Shown: positions 20,051 to 31,630 of the stretch, in pieces | Layout of the letters: the number at the start of each line of letters is the position of its first letter | Numbering within the stretch: the first letter of the stretch is position 1 | Assembly: GCA_018376445.1 (NCBI GenBank) | Contig: JAHABL010000001.1 | Location: 278,111 to 342,110 of the forward strand | From: Mycobacteriales bacterium | Lineage (GTDB): Bacteria; Actinomycetota; Actinomycetes; Mycobacteriales; Mycobacteriaceae | DNA length: 64,000 nucleotides | Direction of reading: 5' to 3' | The notes under the pieces: model-generated | The model's input: the letters and a program-made list of their open reading frames with translations, nothing else | Told to the model about the DNA's origin: nothing | Database searches by the model: none | Program-made: the position numbers and the translations under genes

Positions 20051-20420
20051 GGGGCTGAACGGTTTCGACTGCGTATGTTGCGTCGGGAGAAGCGTGCCGG
20101 TGCAGGCTAGAGACCACCGTGAGCGTCGTAGCAAACTATTAAGCGCCGAAAATACTCAGCGCGACTACGCTCTCGCTGCCTAATAGCGACGGCTAGTCTG
20201 TGGGCCCGGAAGTGTCTCCGATCCGGTGTTTTCCCACATCATCAAGGGGGCTTACTGTGAGCTGCGGCTACGGCAGCCTACAGGACATCTAACAGTGGCT
20301 GGGTTCGCCTTCTGGACTTGTGAGCGTGTTCCAGAGAACCGAGTAATGGTGTAGTTCACTGCGCACGGAGAAGTCCTGTCAAAGCTGCGGAGGACCCGGG
20401 TTCGATTCCCGGCAGCTCCA
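20051..20420 (+). ncRNA. ssrA: tmRNA (ssrA). The predicted tag peptide is AENTQRDYALAA (tag ORF 20145..20183).
   Basis: 5' end GGGGCTGAACGGTTTCGAC and 3' T-arm/acceptor GGGTTCGATTCCCGGCAGCTCCA. Near-collinear with mycobacterial tmRNA. Tag coding region GCC GAA AAT ACT CAG CGC GAC TAC GCT CTC GCT GCC TAA. Confidence 0.9.
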
Positions 20421-20556
20421 CAATATGGAAATTCCCAGGTCATTAACGACCTGGGAATTTCTTTATCTTTGCTGGTAGTTGCATGTTTTCATCTTAACCC
20501 CTTGTGGACAGTTTGGGACACCTTTAGACTCAGTTTTGGCACGTTTTTGGCGGCAG
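20421..20556 (+). repeat. Copy 1 of the attP/integrase-proximal repeat. It includes a 13-bp-stem hairpin (AAATTCCCAGGTC..GACCTGGGAATTT, 20428..20460) that functions as a replacement terminator for the tmRNA.
   Basis: Direct comparison with 30231..30366. Confidence 0.75.
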
Positions 20557-20644
20557 TTCTGTCGTGTACAGGGGGAGTCCTCGTATCTCTGGTACAGGCA
20601 GAAAGCTTCCCGAGAGGCTCCCTTAGTAGTGGGCAGCGTGATAG

Positions 20645-21073
20645 CTACCGGTTCCGATCCTTAAAATCGACCTTCACCCCAAGCTTATCGGCGAGTTCAT
20701 AACCATCAATATGCAGGCCATCATAAAGACGATCACCCATACCGATAGCATCCAGGAAAGCCTGCAAATCATCCTTAGATTTGAAGCACAATCCAGTCCA
20801 GAAACCTGCATCGACAGCAAACTTGAACCTAGACCGCTCGGCCTTGTTCCTCTCAACAAAACCGGAATAGGCCTCACCCATCTTCTCGGCAATATCCTTC
20901 AGATCCTTTTCCAGATCACCAGACTCGCCAACACCCTCAATGGGGTTCTTGTGCGGGTTGGTGTAGGGAATCTCTGTAGAACCATTGGCAGACTTTCCTC
21001 CGCCGAAACCAGTCTTACCACTACCGAAACCCTTAGACTTGGACGAACTCATAGCGCATAAACTCCATTTCAA
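20645..21073 (-). CDS. Hypothetical protein with a Gly-rich N-terminus. It overlaps the upstream PP-loop gene and is probably co-transcribed with it.
   Basis: 142-aa ORF in the low-GC segment. No known motif. Confidence 0.45.
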   Translation of the reverse strand: MKWSLCAMSSSKSKGFGSGKTGFGGGKSANGSTEIPYTNPHKNPIEGVGESGDLEKDLKDIAEKMGEAYSGFVERNKAERSRFKFAVDAGFWTGLCFKSKDDLQAFLDAIGMGDRLYDGLHIDGYELADKLGVKVDFKDRNR

Positions 21074-21872
21074 CAGCGGGGAAATACTTCAATACCTGGT
21101 CATAATCATCTGGCAGCTTATCCCGCAAAGGCCTCACAAACCGGTAGTCCAAACCATCAAAAGTCCTACCGAAAAGCTCATAATCAACAGGCAGCTTCAC
21201 CTTATTGATCTCAAGACAGCGCCGAATGTCCTTGATTTTCCAGTCATGAACAACATGCGCATACCGCTTAGCAAAAGCCCGCCCATTACTTCTGGCAATG
21301 GAATCAGTCCACGGTGAATGCTTCTGGATTGACACACGACGCTGGATACTATCCGCACACCGGATACCATCACACAACCACGTATCCTTCGGCAGCCCCT
21401 GCCATTCTTTGAATGCATCCCACAATTCATCATGGCCAATAACCCCCAATTCGGCAGACTGATTAATCGAAATCTGCCAGGGAGCCTGGAAAACACCACG
21501 ATCCAAGTAGTACCAAAAATCGCGATGAGGAAGATTGAAAATCCGCATCTGGAAGAAATCCTCAAAATACTTCAAGGAGTCTTCCTCAAACTTCAACCCA
21601 GGCACCCGATACAAATGCACCGGAATAACCTCAACCCCTGCTGCCAAAAGCGCAATCATCGCGCAAATAGAATCCTTACCGCGCGAAAATGACACAATAA
21701 CAGGCTTACCTGAGCTAGCAAGACGCTCTCGCATATGTATAGAAGTTTCGACAGCCCCAGACATGGGATCCTTACTCTTCTTATAGATCAGATCAGGCTC
21801 AATCCCATCAATCCGCCAACGATTACTCACCATAACTTCACTATGCCACGGCAGAGAACTATTTCTTCCCAA
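21033..21872 (-). CDS. Phosphoadenosine phosphosulfate reductase family (PP-loop ATP pyrophosphatase, DndC/IbrA-like) protein.
   Basis: PP-loop motif VSFSRGKDS. Size and conserved blocks (e.g. WLCDGIRCADSIQR) match the phage and island-borne PAPS-reductase-like family. Confidence 0.75.
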   Translation of the reverse strand: MGRNSSLPWHSEVMVSNRWRIDGIEPDLIYKKSKDPMSGAVETSIHMRERLASSGKPVIVSFSRGKDSICAMIALLAAGVEVIPVHLYRVPGLKFEEDSLKYFEDFFQMRIFNLPHRDFWYYLDRGVFQAPWQISINQSAELGVIGHDELWDAFKEWQGLPKDTWLCDGIRCADSIQRRVSIQKHSPWTDSIARSNGRAFAKRYAHVVHDWKIKDIRRCLEINKVKLPVDYELFGRTFDGLDYRFVRPLRDKLPDDYDQVLKYFPAVEMEFMRYEFVQV

Positions 21873-22150
21873 AATGGTCGGTCTCTACTCACAGTTGATG
21901 GATGGCTCCACTACGAGCAGTAGCAATTGAGAAAGATCAGGATCATGTCGATGATGAGTTTTAGAAACAACACGTTGACTACACGTATGACGTGCCACCG
22001 CAACGTTCGAAACCTGTAAAAAACCTCATCGTCTAGGCCTCAACGACGACTATGAGGTATTGGCGTCTCACGCTCTATACCTCGTAGGAGGCTACCACTG
22101 GAGATTTATTTGGCTCTGGTGGTGGGATTAGCCCTGAGTATGCTCGAAGT

Positions 22151-22537
22151 ATGGCTCACACAATCAAAGTTGTTCGGGTGTACGAGTGGGATGATTCACT
22201 AGCAGGCCACAAATTCCTTGTCGATAGGTTGTGGCCGCGGGGTGTGAGTAGAGATTCTCTGGAGCCGTTCAACTGGGCGAAAGAGCTCACACCTTCCCCG
22301 GAATTGCGCAAATGGTTCGGGCATAGACCGGAGCGGTTCGACCGCTTCGGTCAGCTCTACTTGGAAGAATTGGAAGACAACAGCGACGCTCATGAAGCGC
22401 GGGAGAAGATTCAGACACTCCTTCGGGATGACGACGTTCTTTTGCTCTACGCAGCTAAAGACAAGGAGTGTAATCACGCGATTATTTTGAAATCGTGGTT
22501 GGACTGCGATTCCGCGTATTCGCAAAGGAGTCTATAG
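22151..22537 (+). CDS. DUF488 (YeaO-like) family protein.
   Basis: IKVVRVYEW..GHKFLVDRLWPRGVSRDS..WAKELTPSPELRKWFGH matches the DUF488 signature. Confidence 0.75.
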   Translation: MAHTIKVVRVYEWDDSLAGHKFLVDRLWPRGVSRDSLEPFNWAKELTPSPELRKWFGHRPERFDRFGQLYLEELEDNSDAHEAREKIQTLLRDDDVLLLYAAKDKECNHAIILKSWLDCDSAYSQRSL

Positions 22538-22550
22538 GACGGAATCGCGT

Positions 22551-22725
22551 CACCTTGTTATTACCGGACGTGACTTGGTGGGGACGGTAGTAGAGGTTGG
22601 GCCGGGCGTAGCGGATGTAGCCTGCGGGGACAGAGTGTGGACGAATTCCGCCGGTTTCGAGGGGCGTATGGGAGCTACTGCCGAATACGTGGGGGTGGAC
22701 ATGCTTACGCGTGCCGAAGGGTGAG
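22551..22725 (+). pseudogene. Internal fragment of a medium-chain (zinc-type) dehydrogenase/reductase gene, about 58 aa.
   Basis: Translation LVGTVVEVGPGVADVACGDRVWTNS..AEYVGVD matches the MDR G-x-E-x-x-G-x-V..GDRV..AEY block. High GC like the host. Truncated on both sides. Confidence 0.35.
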
Positions 22726-22733
22726 GCCCGGGG

Positions 22734-23738
22734 TTACGACCGATAGATCGTGAGACCCCACCGTTCCATCGCTGGACCAATGTCTTGGGCACTGACGCGT
22801 GTGGCATCGGCAGGTTGGCGGTAGGAGATGATGCCGACGGCATAGAGTTCGTTGTTAATGAGGGTGTAGACGGGGCCGCCGGAGTCGCCACTATCGACGT
22901 ATCCACGGAATTGGAAGATTCCGGTTTGGTTGTAGCCAAGGTAAGCGCCACAAGATTGGCCGGTTCGGTAGCCGAGGTGGCATACGCGGGTGCGTTGTTT
23001 GTCGAGCCAGGCAGTGTTTCGCCAGCCTTTGAGAGTCTCTTTGAAAGGTGGTTTCGCGTCGACGTATTTCATGCTGTAAAGCTCAATGAGGCCATAGTCT
23101 GCGCCCCCAGCCTTAATGAAGGTGGATTCCACCATTTCTCCAATGATGGCCCGGTTGCCGGCTTGGTCGGAGATCGCGAATTGGTCGCGGATGTTTCCGC
23201 AGTGTCCGGCGGTGAGAATGAAGCGGCGCTGTTCGCGTCCGACGATCCATCCGACGGAGCACTGCGTGCTCTGAGTGATGTTGATCATAAGTCCGCCGGG
23301 AATAACTCTGCCGGGGTAGCTAAGCCACCCCCATTCTGCACTGCTGTGGTAGATCTGGGAGTCTGATTGGCCGTCTGGGGGTGCGGGCCGAACTTGGGTG
23401 GTTGTGAGAGTTGTCGTGGTTGGCGCCAAGCTGGTGCGGGTGCGTTGGATACTCCGCGGTGTGACCTCATGGTTATCGCCGTCACGGTCCCGGTAGGAGC
23501 GTCGATAGGAGTCTCGTTCAGTGCTGCGATTCCCGTTGTATTTAGTGCTGCTGTGGTAGTCGTAGCGGTCGCTCGTGCGGGACGTGGATTGAGTAATGGT
23601 AGTAGTTTCTGTTCCGGTGGCGTCTCCGGAGGTGTAAATGGAGTTTTCACCGCACGCGCTGAGGGTGAGGAGGCTGATAGTTGCTGCGGCGGCAGTGGCG
23701 AGGAGGTGTCGGGGAGGGGTCACGGGAGGTCCTTCCAC
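22734..23738 (-). CDS. Secreted or lipoprotein S1-family (chymotrypsin/alpha-lytic-type) serine protease.
   Basis: Lipobox LSAC. Catalytic triad motifs TAGHCG and GDSGGPV. Thr/Ser-rich linker. Confidence 0.8.
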   Translation of the reverse strand: MEGPPVTPPRHLLATAAAATISLLTLSACGENSIYTSGDATGTETTTITQSTSRTSDRYDYHSSTKYNGNRSTERDSYRRSYRDRDGDNHEVTPRSIQRTRTSLAPTTTTLTTTQVRPAPPDGQSDSQIYHSSAEWGWLSYPGRVIPGGLMINITQSTQCSVGWIVGREQRRFILTAGHCGNIRDQFAISDQAGNRAIIGEMVESTFIKAGGADYGLIELYSMKYVDAKPPFKETLKGWRNTAWLDKQRTRVCHLGYRTGQSCGAYLGYNQTGIFQFRGYVDSGDSGGPVYTLINNELYAVGIISYRQPADATRVSAQDIGPAMERWGLTIYRS

Positions 23739-23946
23739 TGAGAGGCTGCGTTTGTGACGGAGTTCACTTTTTGTAACGATCGTAGCAGTGGAATCCTTCC
23801 CAGTGGCCTGGATGAGGCCTTTATTATGGTGAAACCAGTGTGCCGCCGTTCGGGGTGCTGCGGCACGTGGCCAAGTAGCTATAGGGGGAAGGCTAGGCGC
23901 CGTAAAGGGTGAGTCCCCAATGCTCCAGGGCAGGGGAGAGGAGTGA

Positions 23947-25412
<1,466 letters not shown>

Positions 25413-25937
25413 GTGGTCTCCTCCTTCGGCGCGGTTATTCGACCGTTCTCATTATACTTAGGTAAGCCTAAACAAATTGCAGAGAAATGGGTATGGGGCA
25501 CCGATATTTTCGCAGTCTTTTCTAGAACAGCACACCGCATGAGAAATGAAGCGAAAAGGCCCTCTGTATAAAACTGGGGAAGGGGAAGAGCATGAACTGG
25601 CTCCAGCTAGCAGAGACCAGGAGAACGGGCCAAGGCAGCTCGCTATGTGCGAAATTGCCAAGTTCGCAGCAATAAGAACGTAGGCTAGAAGAGTCGCCAT
25701 CCCCATTGTTGTGGACATCGGCCGTCCCTCTTCCGTTCCATCTGCTAAGAAGCCGGTATGAAGGGTGTGAAAGACAAGGTGTGTTCACGGTGATAGGAAT
25801 GGACGCCCGTGAACAAGACGCAACGGACACCCAACAGCATTAGTGCAAAAACAATAAGTGTATATTCATCTGTATTAGGCATGTTGGCATTAAGAGGGAA
25901 GCCTTGGTTTCTCCTAGAAGGATGTACTAAAACCGCT

Positions 25938-26717
25938 ATGACCAGTGAAAACAAGGTGTGGTGCCAGCTCCTTGAGGGCAACCGGAGATTTGCCGAAGGT
26001 AAGTCTCGATTTAATGGATATTCCGTCGACTTGAGAAAAAGCCTGATAGACGAGCAACATCCGCATACGGTCATTGTGTCGTGTTCCGACTCTCGGGTTC
26101 CTCCCGAAATTGTTTTTGACGCCCATTTAGGTGAGCTATTTAGTGTGCGTACAGCCGGACCAACACTTGACGACATGGTCTCGGCCTCCATCGAGTTTGG
26201 GGTGGTGAAGCTGGGGATACGCCACGTTGTGGTGATGAGTCATACCAACTGTGGCGCCGTAGCAGCTGCCATGGATGCTTTGGATAGTGGGGAGACGGTG
26301 GCGGAGGAAAATATTTCTTCCACAATCGAGGGTTTGGATGCAGATGCCATCATCGGGGCAGGCGGCATGATTGTCACCGGTTCCTCCGTCATCACAACAG
26401 AGGCGCATGGGGATGGAGAGCATCATTCCCCTTCGGGTCTGTTGGCAAAGACTGAATTTACCCGGGTGGTAGCTGAGAATCCCGAGGCGGAGTCGTACTT
26501 GCCGGGCATCGTGGCACGCGTGGCACCAATTGTTGCGGAAGCACGACACGACGGTCTGGTAGACCCGAGCGATTATTCACGTCGTAATGCCCAGTTTGTC
26601 GCCCACAAGTTGCGGGAGATGCCAGCACTGACAGGACTCTGGCAGGCGGGAGAGCTCACCATCCGGGCTGCGCTCTACCATCTGGACTCGGGGCTTGTAG
26701 AAGAGCTTGAGATGTAG
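25938..26717 (+). CDS. Beta-class carbonic anhydrase.
   Basis: CSDSRV and HTNCGAV zinc-ligand motifs. The ORF track start at 25809 is probably too early. Start taken as the ATG at 25938 with RBS gaagga. Confidence 0.8.
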   Translation: MTSENKVWCQLLEGNRRFAEGKSRFNGYSVDLRKSLIDEQHPHTVIVSCSDSRVPPEIVFDAHLGELFSVRTAGPTLDDMVSASIEFGVVKLGIRHVVVMSHTNCGAVAAAMDALDSGETVAEENISSTIEGLDADAIIGAGGMIVTGSSVITTEAHGDGEHHSPSGLLAKTEFTRVVAENPEAESYLPGIVARVAPIVAEARHDGLVDPSDYSRRNAQFVAHKLREMPALTGLWQAGELTIRAALYHLDSGLVEELEM

Positions 26718-26857
26718 ATATGCCACGTAGGGCGTAATCTCCCCGATTTTGCGTTTATAACAATGACATCCCTTCCGCGGAGGAAATTACCCCTGCAGAA
26801 TCTGCGCGGAAAGGGCACCATGGAAGAAGACACCGCCTATCGCTTACGGAGTGAGAA

Positions 26858-28552
26858 ATGCATCCTCGTGCTGGTCGTCCCGCCGACCCTAGTGACCTCA
26901 TTGATGTGCAACATGTCCTCGACTGCTATTACGACATCACCCCAGATCCCGACGACCCCAATCAACAGGTCGCGTTCGGCACCTCTGGGCATCGCGGAAC
27001 CTCCGTCAACGGCTCTTTCAACGAAAACCACATCCTCGCGACCACTCAAGCCATCGTCGACTACCGACGTAAGATGGGCTACACCGGCCCGCTCTATATT
27101 GGCAAAGACACCCATTTGCTCTCCGGTCCCGCACAGGACACTGCCCTCGAAGTATTGCTTGCTAATGGGGTGACGGTGATGGTCGACGCGCGGGAACGCT
27201 TCACTCCTACCCCTGCTGTCTCCCGCGCCATCCTGCGCCACAACGCCGAGCTCCCCGGTGGCGTAACCGGTACAGCTGGTGACCGTGCCGATGGCATCGT
27301 TGTCACTCCCTCTCACAACCCTCCTACCGACGGCGGCTTCAAATACAACCCGCCTTCCGGCGGTCCCGCAGACACTGACGCCACCTCCTGGATTGCCGAC
27401 CGTGCCAACGAGTACCTACGCGCCTCCCTGAAAGGTGTGGCGCGCTGTAATCTCAACCAGCTCGGCCAACCGGGCCAACCAGCCGCGAGTCTCAAAGTGC
27501 CCTTCGACTACCTCGACATGTATGTTTGCGATCTTGGCCTCGTGCTAGATCTTGAGACCATCCGCGGAGCAGGAGTACGCATTGGAGCTGATCCCTTAGG
27601 TGGTGCATCGGTCGACTATTGGGGAGCTATTGGGGAACAGTACGACCTCTCCTTGACCGTGGTGAACCCCAGCGTAGACCCCGCATGGTCATTTATGACG
27701 CTGGACCATGACGGCAAGATCCGCATGGACTGCTCGTCACCCTACGCTATGGCTTCCCTCACCGCCCGCATGGAGCAGAAGGATGCCCTCGGCCGCGCCC
27801 CCTTCGACATCGCCACCGGTAATGATGCCGATGCTGACCGGCACGGTATTGTCACCTTCGATGCCGGACTGATGAATCCCAACCACTACCTGGCGACTGC
27901 CATACAATACCTCTTCGCACACCGCCCCGAGTGGGGCTCGTGTGGAGTAGGGAAGACCCTGGTGTCCTCCTCCATGATCGACCGAGTCGTGGATAGCTTA
28001 GGACGAACTCTGGTGGAAGTACCGGTGGGCTTCAAGTGGTTCGTGCCTGGCCTCTTCGACGGTTCACTGGGATTCGGCGGTGAAGAATCCGCAGGCGCAT
28101 CTTTCCTCTGCAAGGACGCTTCGGTATGGTCCACCGACAAGGACGGCATCATCCTTGCTCTCCTCGCCTCTGAGATTCTTGCTGTGACCGGCAAAACCCC
28201 CAGCCAGCATTACGCCAAACTCACAGAGGAGTTTGGGGCACCCTGCTACGCCCGTATGGATGCGCCCGCCACACGGGAAGAGAAGGCGACTCTCGCGAAA
28301 CTCTCCCCAGAGCAAGTGACAGCCACTGAACTTGCTGGTGAGCCGATTGTTGCGAAGCTTACCGAAGCCCCCGGAAACGGTGCTGCTATTGGTGGCCTGA
28401 AGGTCGCCACCGAGCATGCCTGGTTTGCTGCACGCCCGTCAGGCACTGAGGACATCTATAAGATCTACGCAGAATCCTTCCTCAGCGAGGACCATCTAGC
28501 TCAGGTACAGGAGGAAGCACAGCAGGTCGTGTCTGCGGCGCTCGGCAGCTAG
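26858..28552 (+). CDS. pgm: Phosphoglucomutase (alpha-D-glucose phosphate-specific).
   Basis: FGTSGHRG and [15 protein letters not shown] active-site motifs. About 560 aa. Confidence 0.9.
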   Translation: MHPRAGRPADPSDLIDVQHVLDCYYDITPDPDDPNQQVAFGTSGHRGTSVNGSFNENHILATTQAIVDYRRKMGYTGPLYIGKDTHLLSGPAQDTALEVLLANGVTVMVDARERFTPTPAVSRAILRHNAELPGGVTGTAGDRADGIVVTPSHNPPTDGGFKYNPPSGGPADTDATSWIADRANEYLRASLKGVARCNLNQLGQPGQPAASLKVPFDYLDMYVCDLGLVLDLETIRGAGVRIGADPLGGASVDYWGAIGEQYDLSLTVVNPSVDPAWSFMTLDHDGKIRMDCSSPYAMASLTARMEQKDALGRAPFDIATGNDADADRHGIVTFDAGLMNPNHYLATAIQYLFAHRPEWGSCGVGKTLVSSSMIDRVVDSLGRTLVEVPVGFKWFVPGLFDGSLGFGGEESAGASFLCKDASVWSTDKDGIILALLASEILAVTGKTPSQHYAKLTEEFGAPCYARMDAPATREEKATLAKLSPEQVTATELAGEPIVAKLTEAPGNGAAIGGLKVATEHAWFAARPSGTEDIYKIYAESFLSEDHLAQVQEEAQQVVSAALGS

Positions 28553-28590
28553 AAGCGACGAATTGGCGGTTCCCCGCTAGGATAGAAGCC

Positions 28591-29136
28591 GTGACCACTG
28601 CAGAAAACGCTGCGAGCGCCCCAGAGATACAGCCCGTGGCAGACCGCGATTCGGCGGTACGCCCCTGGGTCAACTGGGTGTCGCTCCTAGCCCGCCTTGT
28701 GCTGGCGGCCATTTGGATTGTGTCAGGCTCGCTTAAAGCCAGCAACATGCTGGAGACCCGGGTAGCGGTTCGGGCCTACCAGGTGTTGCCGGACTGGGCT
28801 GCGCCAAGTGTCGCCTTCATGCTGCCAGCATTGGAGATTCTGCTAGGCATCCTCCTCCTTCTGGGCATCAAAAATCGGTGGATGGCGATAGTCTCTGCTG
28901 TTGTCTTTGCTCTGTTTATTGTGATGATCGTACAGGCATGGGCGCGAGGACTACAGATTGACTGTGGTTGCTTCGGCGGCGGCGGCTACGACGCCTCTGC
29001 AAACAACCTCACATACCTCTCAGAAATCGCCCGTGATCTTGCCTTCATGGTGTTCGCCGTATGGTTGGCCTGCTTCCCGCACACCCCCTTGACGGTGGAA
29101 CCAGGAAGCCGTGCCCCCCTCCGTCGTCGCCCCTAA
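28591..29136 (+). CDS. MauE/DoxX family membrane protein.
   Basis: Four transmembrane helices. CGCFGGGG motif. Confidence 0.7.
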   Translation: MTTAENAASAPEIQPVADRDSAVRPWVNWVSLLARLVLAAIWIVSGSLKASNMLETRVAVRAYQVLPDWAAPSVAFMLPALEILLGILLLLGIKNRWMAIVSAVVFALFIVMIVQAWARGLQIDCGCFGGGGYDASANNLTYLSEIARDLAFMVFAVWLACFPHTPLTVEPGSRAPLRRRP

Positions 29137-29145
29137 CTCGACTGT

Positions 29146-29961
29146 GTGCGTGCCCACAGTTGTCCTATGAAAGGTTCCTCCGTGGAAAAGAAAAAAGATA
29201 AGCGTCGTCGCACCTCTACTCCGTCCAAGTATGTGCCTTCCAATAAGAAGGGCTATGGCTGGCTGTGGGGCTTACTGGTTGTCATCGTCGTAGCGGCCAT
29301 TGTTGCCGTGGGCATCTATATGGGTGTGAAGAGCAACCGAGACAGTGAAAATGGCGCGGATATCGCCATTAAACATTCCTCTGTGAAGGTCACCGAAAAC
29401 TACATCGAGTTCCGCTCCAACAACGCAAAAAAGGATGCGAAGATTATCGAATTGTTCGAGGATCCGCGCTGCCCAGGCTGTTCTGAGTTGGAAAAGATGC
29501 ACGGTGCCGAACTTGCCGACGCTATCCAATCCGACCAGGTAGTGCTCCGACTCCGCCTGATGGACTTCCTCAACTCGCAGGGCGCCTCCCAGTATTCCAC
29601 CCGCGCCAATGCCGCTCTTATTACTGTTGCACTCACTGGAGATGCAGAAAGTGCATTCCGTTTCCACTCCATCCTTTGGCACACTGCTCCCGCGGAGGGC
29701 GGCGGTGTACCGGAACCGACCAACGCTGAGTTGGCCGAGAAGGCCAAGATGGCCGGAGCTAAGGGTGAGACTCTCTCTCAGATCAAGTCTGGAAACTTTG
29801 GCACCATGCGCGCCGCCACCATGGGTCGCGTTAACCTAAAGGTCCTCAACGAGCGTATGGACGGCAAGGGTGGTACCCCGGCCGCCTTCATGAACGGTGG
29901 GCAAATCGACCTTAGCCGCCCCGACTGGGTCACCTCGCTCTACACCACAAACAAGAAATAA
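29146..29961 (+). CDS. Membrane-anchored DsbA-like thiol:disulfide oxidoreductase.
   Basis: N-terminal transmembrane helix. CPGC active site within a thioredoxin fold (FEDPRCPGCSELE). Confidence 0.7.
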   Translation: MRAHSCPMKGSSVEKKKDKRRRTSTPSKYVPSNKKGYGWLWGLLVVIVVAAIVAVGIYMGVKSNRDSENGADIAIKHSSVKVTENYIEFRSNNAKKDAKIIELFEDPRCPGCSELEKMHGAELADAIQSDQVVLRLRLMDFLNSQGASQYSTRANAALITVALTGDAESAFRFHSILWHTAPAEGGGVPEPTNAELAEKAKMAGAKGETLSQIKSGNFGTMRAATMGRVNLKVLNERMDGKGGTPAAFMNGGQIDLSRPDWVTSLYTTNKK

Positions 29962-30000
29962 CTCGCGCCACACCGCGAACAAGAAACAATCTGAGTGAAG

Positions 30001-30030
30001 CGCCCCGGGAGTGTTCCCGGGGCGCTTTCT
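30001..30030 (+). terminator. Rho-independent terminator after the dsbA-like gene.
   Basis: GCGCCCCGGG-AGTGTT-CCCGGGGCGC followed by a T-run. Confidence 0.65.
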
Positions 30031-30157
30031 CATTTACGAGCGTGTTGCGTCGCGTCTTTCTTGCCGTCGCCTGCACGTAAACTGTGCCCCTGTGACCTGC
30101 CGATTTGGTGAGCTTTCACGAAGTGGTGTAACTTAACTAAAGCAGCCGAAAGGCACT

Positions 30158-30230
30158 GGGGCTATGGCGCAGCTGGTAGCGCACCACACTGGCAGTGTGG
30201 GGGTCACGGGTTCGAGTCCCGTTAGCTCCA
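30158..30230 (+). tRNA. tRNA-Ala (anticodon GGC).
   Basis: Manual fold gives a 7-bp acceptor stem with G3:U70, anticodon loop CTGGCAG and T-loop TTCGAGT. CCA is not encoded. Confidence 0.9.
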
Positions 30231-30366
30231 CAATATGGAAATTCCCAGGTCACTAATGACCTGGGTTTTTCTTTATCTCTGCTGGTAGTTGCATGTTTTT
30301 ATCCTAACCCCTTGTAGACAGTTTGGGGCACCTTTAGACTTAGTTTTGGCACATTTTTGGCACAGA
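30231..30366 (+). repeat. Copy 2 of the attP/integrase-proximal repeat. It contains the hairpin CCCAGGTC..GACCTGGG-TTTTT (30244..30270).
   Basis: See 20421..20556. Confidence 0.75.
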
Positions 30367-30381
30367 CTAGTGAGGTGCACC

Positions 30382-31626
30382 ATGGCAGCGGGAGAGTTCG
30401 GCAACACTAGACAACTCCCCTCAGGTAGGTGGCAGGCGCGCTACAGATACAGGGGGCAAGACTATAAAGCTCCCGAAACCTTCAAAACTAGGAAGATAGC
30501 CGAAGGGTGGCTCAGTCACGAAAAGAAACTTATCGACCTTAACGCATGGATACCACCACAAGAGCGCCTAGCCCTCCAGGAGAAACACCAGCAGGAGATG
30601 GAGTTAACCGTGGGGTTATGGCTCGAGCAATTCCACGACAGTCTACGAGACGCTAAAGCCTCCACCCTGCAAACATATAGGCGGACCATCACTAATAGGA
30701 TCCTTGACCCTGTTGCGCCGGGCAATGAGGTGGAGGACATTACCCGGCTTAGAGACATTCCCCTGGTGGAGTTGACGAAACAGGACGTTTACCAGTGGTG
30801 GGATGCTATTGAGCGCACCTACGACACGCCTGAGACGAATAGGAAGGCCTACCGGAGGTTGAAAGCCGCGGGGCGAGAGGCTGTGGAAAGGGAGCTTATA
30901 GGGAGTAACCCTGTGAATGTTCCCGCAGCGAATAAGAGTGTGGCGAAAGATTCACCTTATCTTCCCAAGACGGAGGAGCTGCATAAGATTCTGACGGAAG
31001 TCCCGGCACGCTATCGGCTTATTACCGCCCTCATACTGTTTCACGGCCTGCGTATCGGAGAGGCGATCGCCCTGGAGGTGGATAGTGTTGTCGCCCATGA
31101 CACCACGGGAGGGCACCGTTACGGGGTCCGGGTGAAACAGAATGCGCAGAGGATTACCCCGCCGGGGAAGTCTACATTCATGCTGGTGCAGCCTCCTAAG
31201 AGTAGGGCAGGGAATAGGGAGGTGCCGATTATGCCCGAGTTTATTCCCCTCCTGGAGGAGCACCTGGACAAGTATGTGGCCGAGTCTCCTACGGTAGTGC
31301 GTTTGTCTAAAGAATTTGGGGGCGGTACCCGCCCGGCGCAACTGCTGACGACGACGGGGGCGGGCTTAATGGTGATGGATACGTCCTACCGTAGCGTGCT
31401 GAAACGTGCCACGGAGCGGGCGGGGGTGTCGCCTTTGATTAAGCCGCATAGCGGGCGTAGGTGGTTGGTGACAACGTTGGCGGAGCACGGGGCGCACGTG
31501 AAGGAAATTTCGCGGATTCTCGGAGATGAGGACTTGGAGGTGATTATGTCTATCTATATGCAGGTGAGGGCAGAGAGAACAACAGAACTCATGGATATTG
31601 TCAGCAAGTCGGTAGCGCGGGGATAG
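30382..31626 (+). CDS. int: Tyrosine-type site-specific integrase.
   Basis: N-terminal SAM-like/arm-binding region (GRWQARYRYRG..). C-terminal catalytic residues (R..HxxR..Y: LRIGEAIALEVDSV, HSGRRWLVTTL, IMSIYMQV). Start at ATG 30382 with RBS gaggtg. The upstream ORF extension lies inside the repeat and is rejected. Confidence 0.9.
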   Translation: MAAGEFGNTRQLPSGRWQARYRYRGQDYKAPETFKTRKIAEGWLSHEKKLIDLNAWIPPQERLALQEKHQQEMELTVGLWLEQFHDSLRDAKASTLQTYRRTITNRILDPVAPGNEVEDITRLRDIPLVELTKQDVYQWWDAIERTYDTPETNRKAYRRLKAAGREAVERELIGSNPVNVPAANKSVAKDSPYLPKTEELHKILTEVPARYRLITALILFHGLRIGEAIALEVDSVVAHDTTGGHRYGVRVKQNAQRITPPGKSTFMLVQPPKSRAGNREVPIMPEFIPLLEEHLDKYVAESPTVVRLSKEFGGGTRPAQLLTTTGAGLMVMDTSYRSVLKRATERAGVSPLIKPHSGRRWLVTTLAEHGAHVKEISRILGDEDLEVIMSIYMQVRAERTTELMDIVSKSVARG

Positions 31627-31630
31627 CGGC

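Larger units (their letters stand above)
20421..22540. mobile_element. Low-GC islet abutting the tmRNA 3' end, a remnant of an integrase-type element. The integrase is absent and the right boundary is approximate.
   Basis: The first 135 bp (20421..20556) are about 90% identical to the integrase-proximal sequence after tRNA-Ala (30231..30366). GC content drops across 20560-22540. A host-like gene fragment lies at 22551-22725. Confidence 0.5.

Noticed and set aside
20479-20664. 61-aa ORF MHVFILTPC.., and the matching N-terminal extension of the integrase ORF (30289..30381).
   Set aside because: Both lie inside the conserved 135-bp att/terminator repeat and have no RBS. The integrase has a proper start at 30382 with RBS gaggtg.
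25809-25937. N-terminal 43 codons of the carbonic anhydrase ORF track entry.
   Set aside because: Beta-CA homology begins at MTSENK (25938), which has an RBS. The upstream extension is AT-rich leader.
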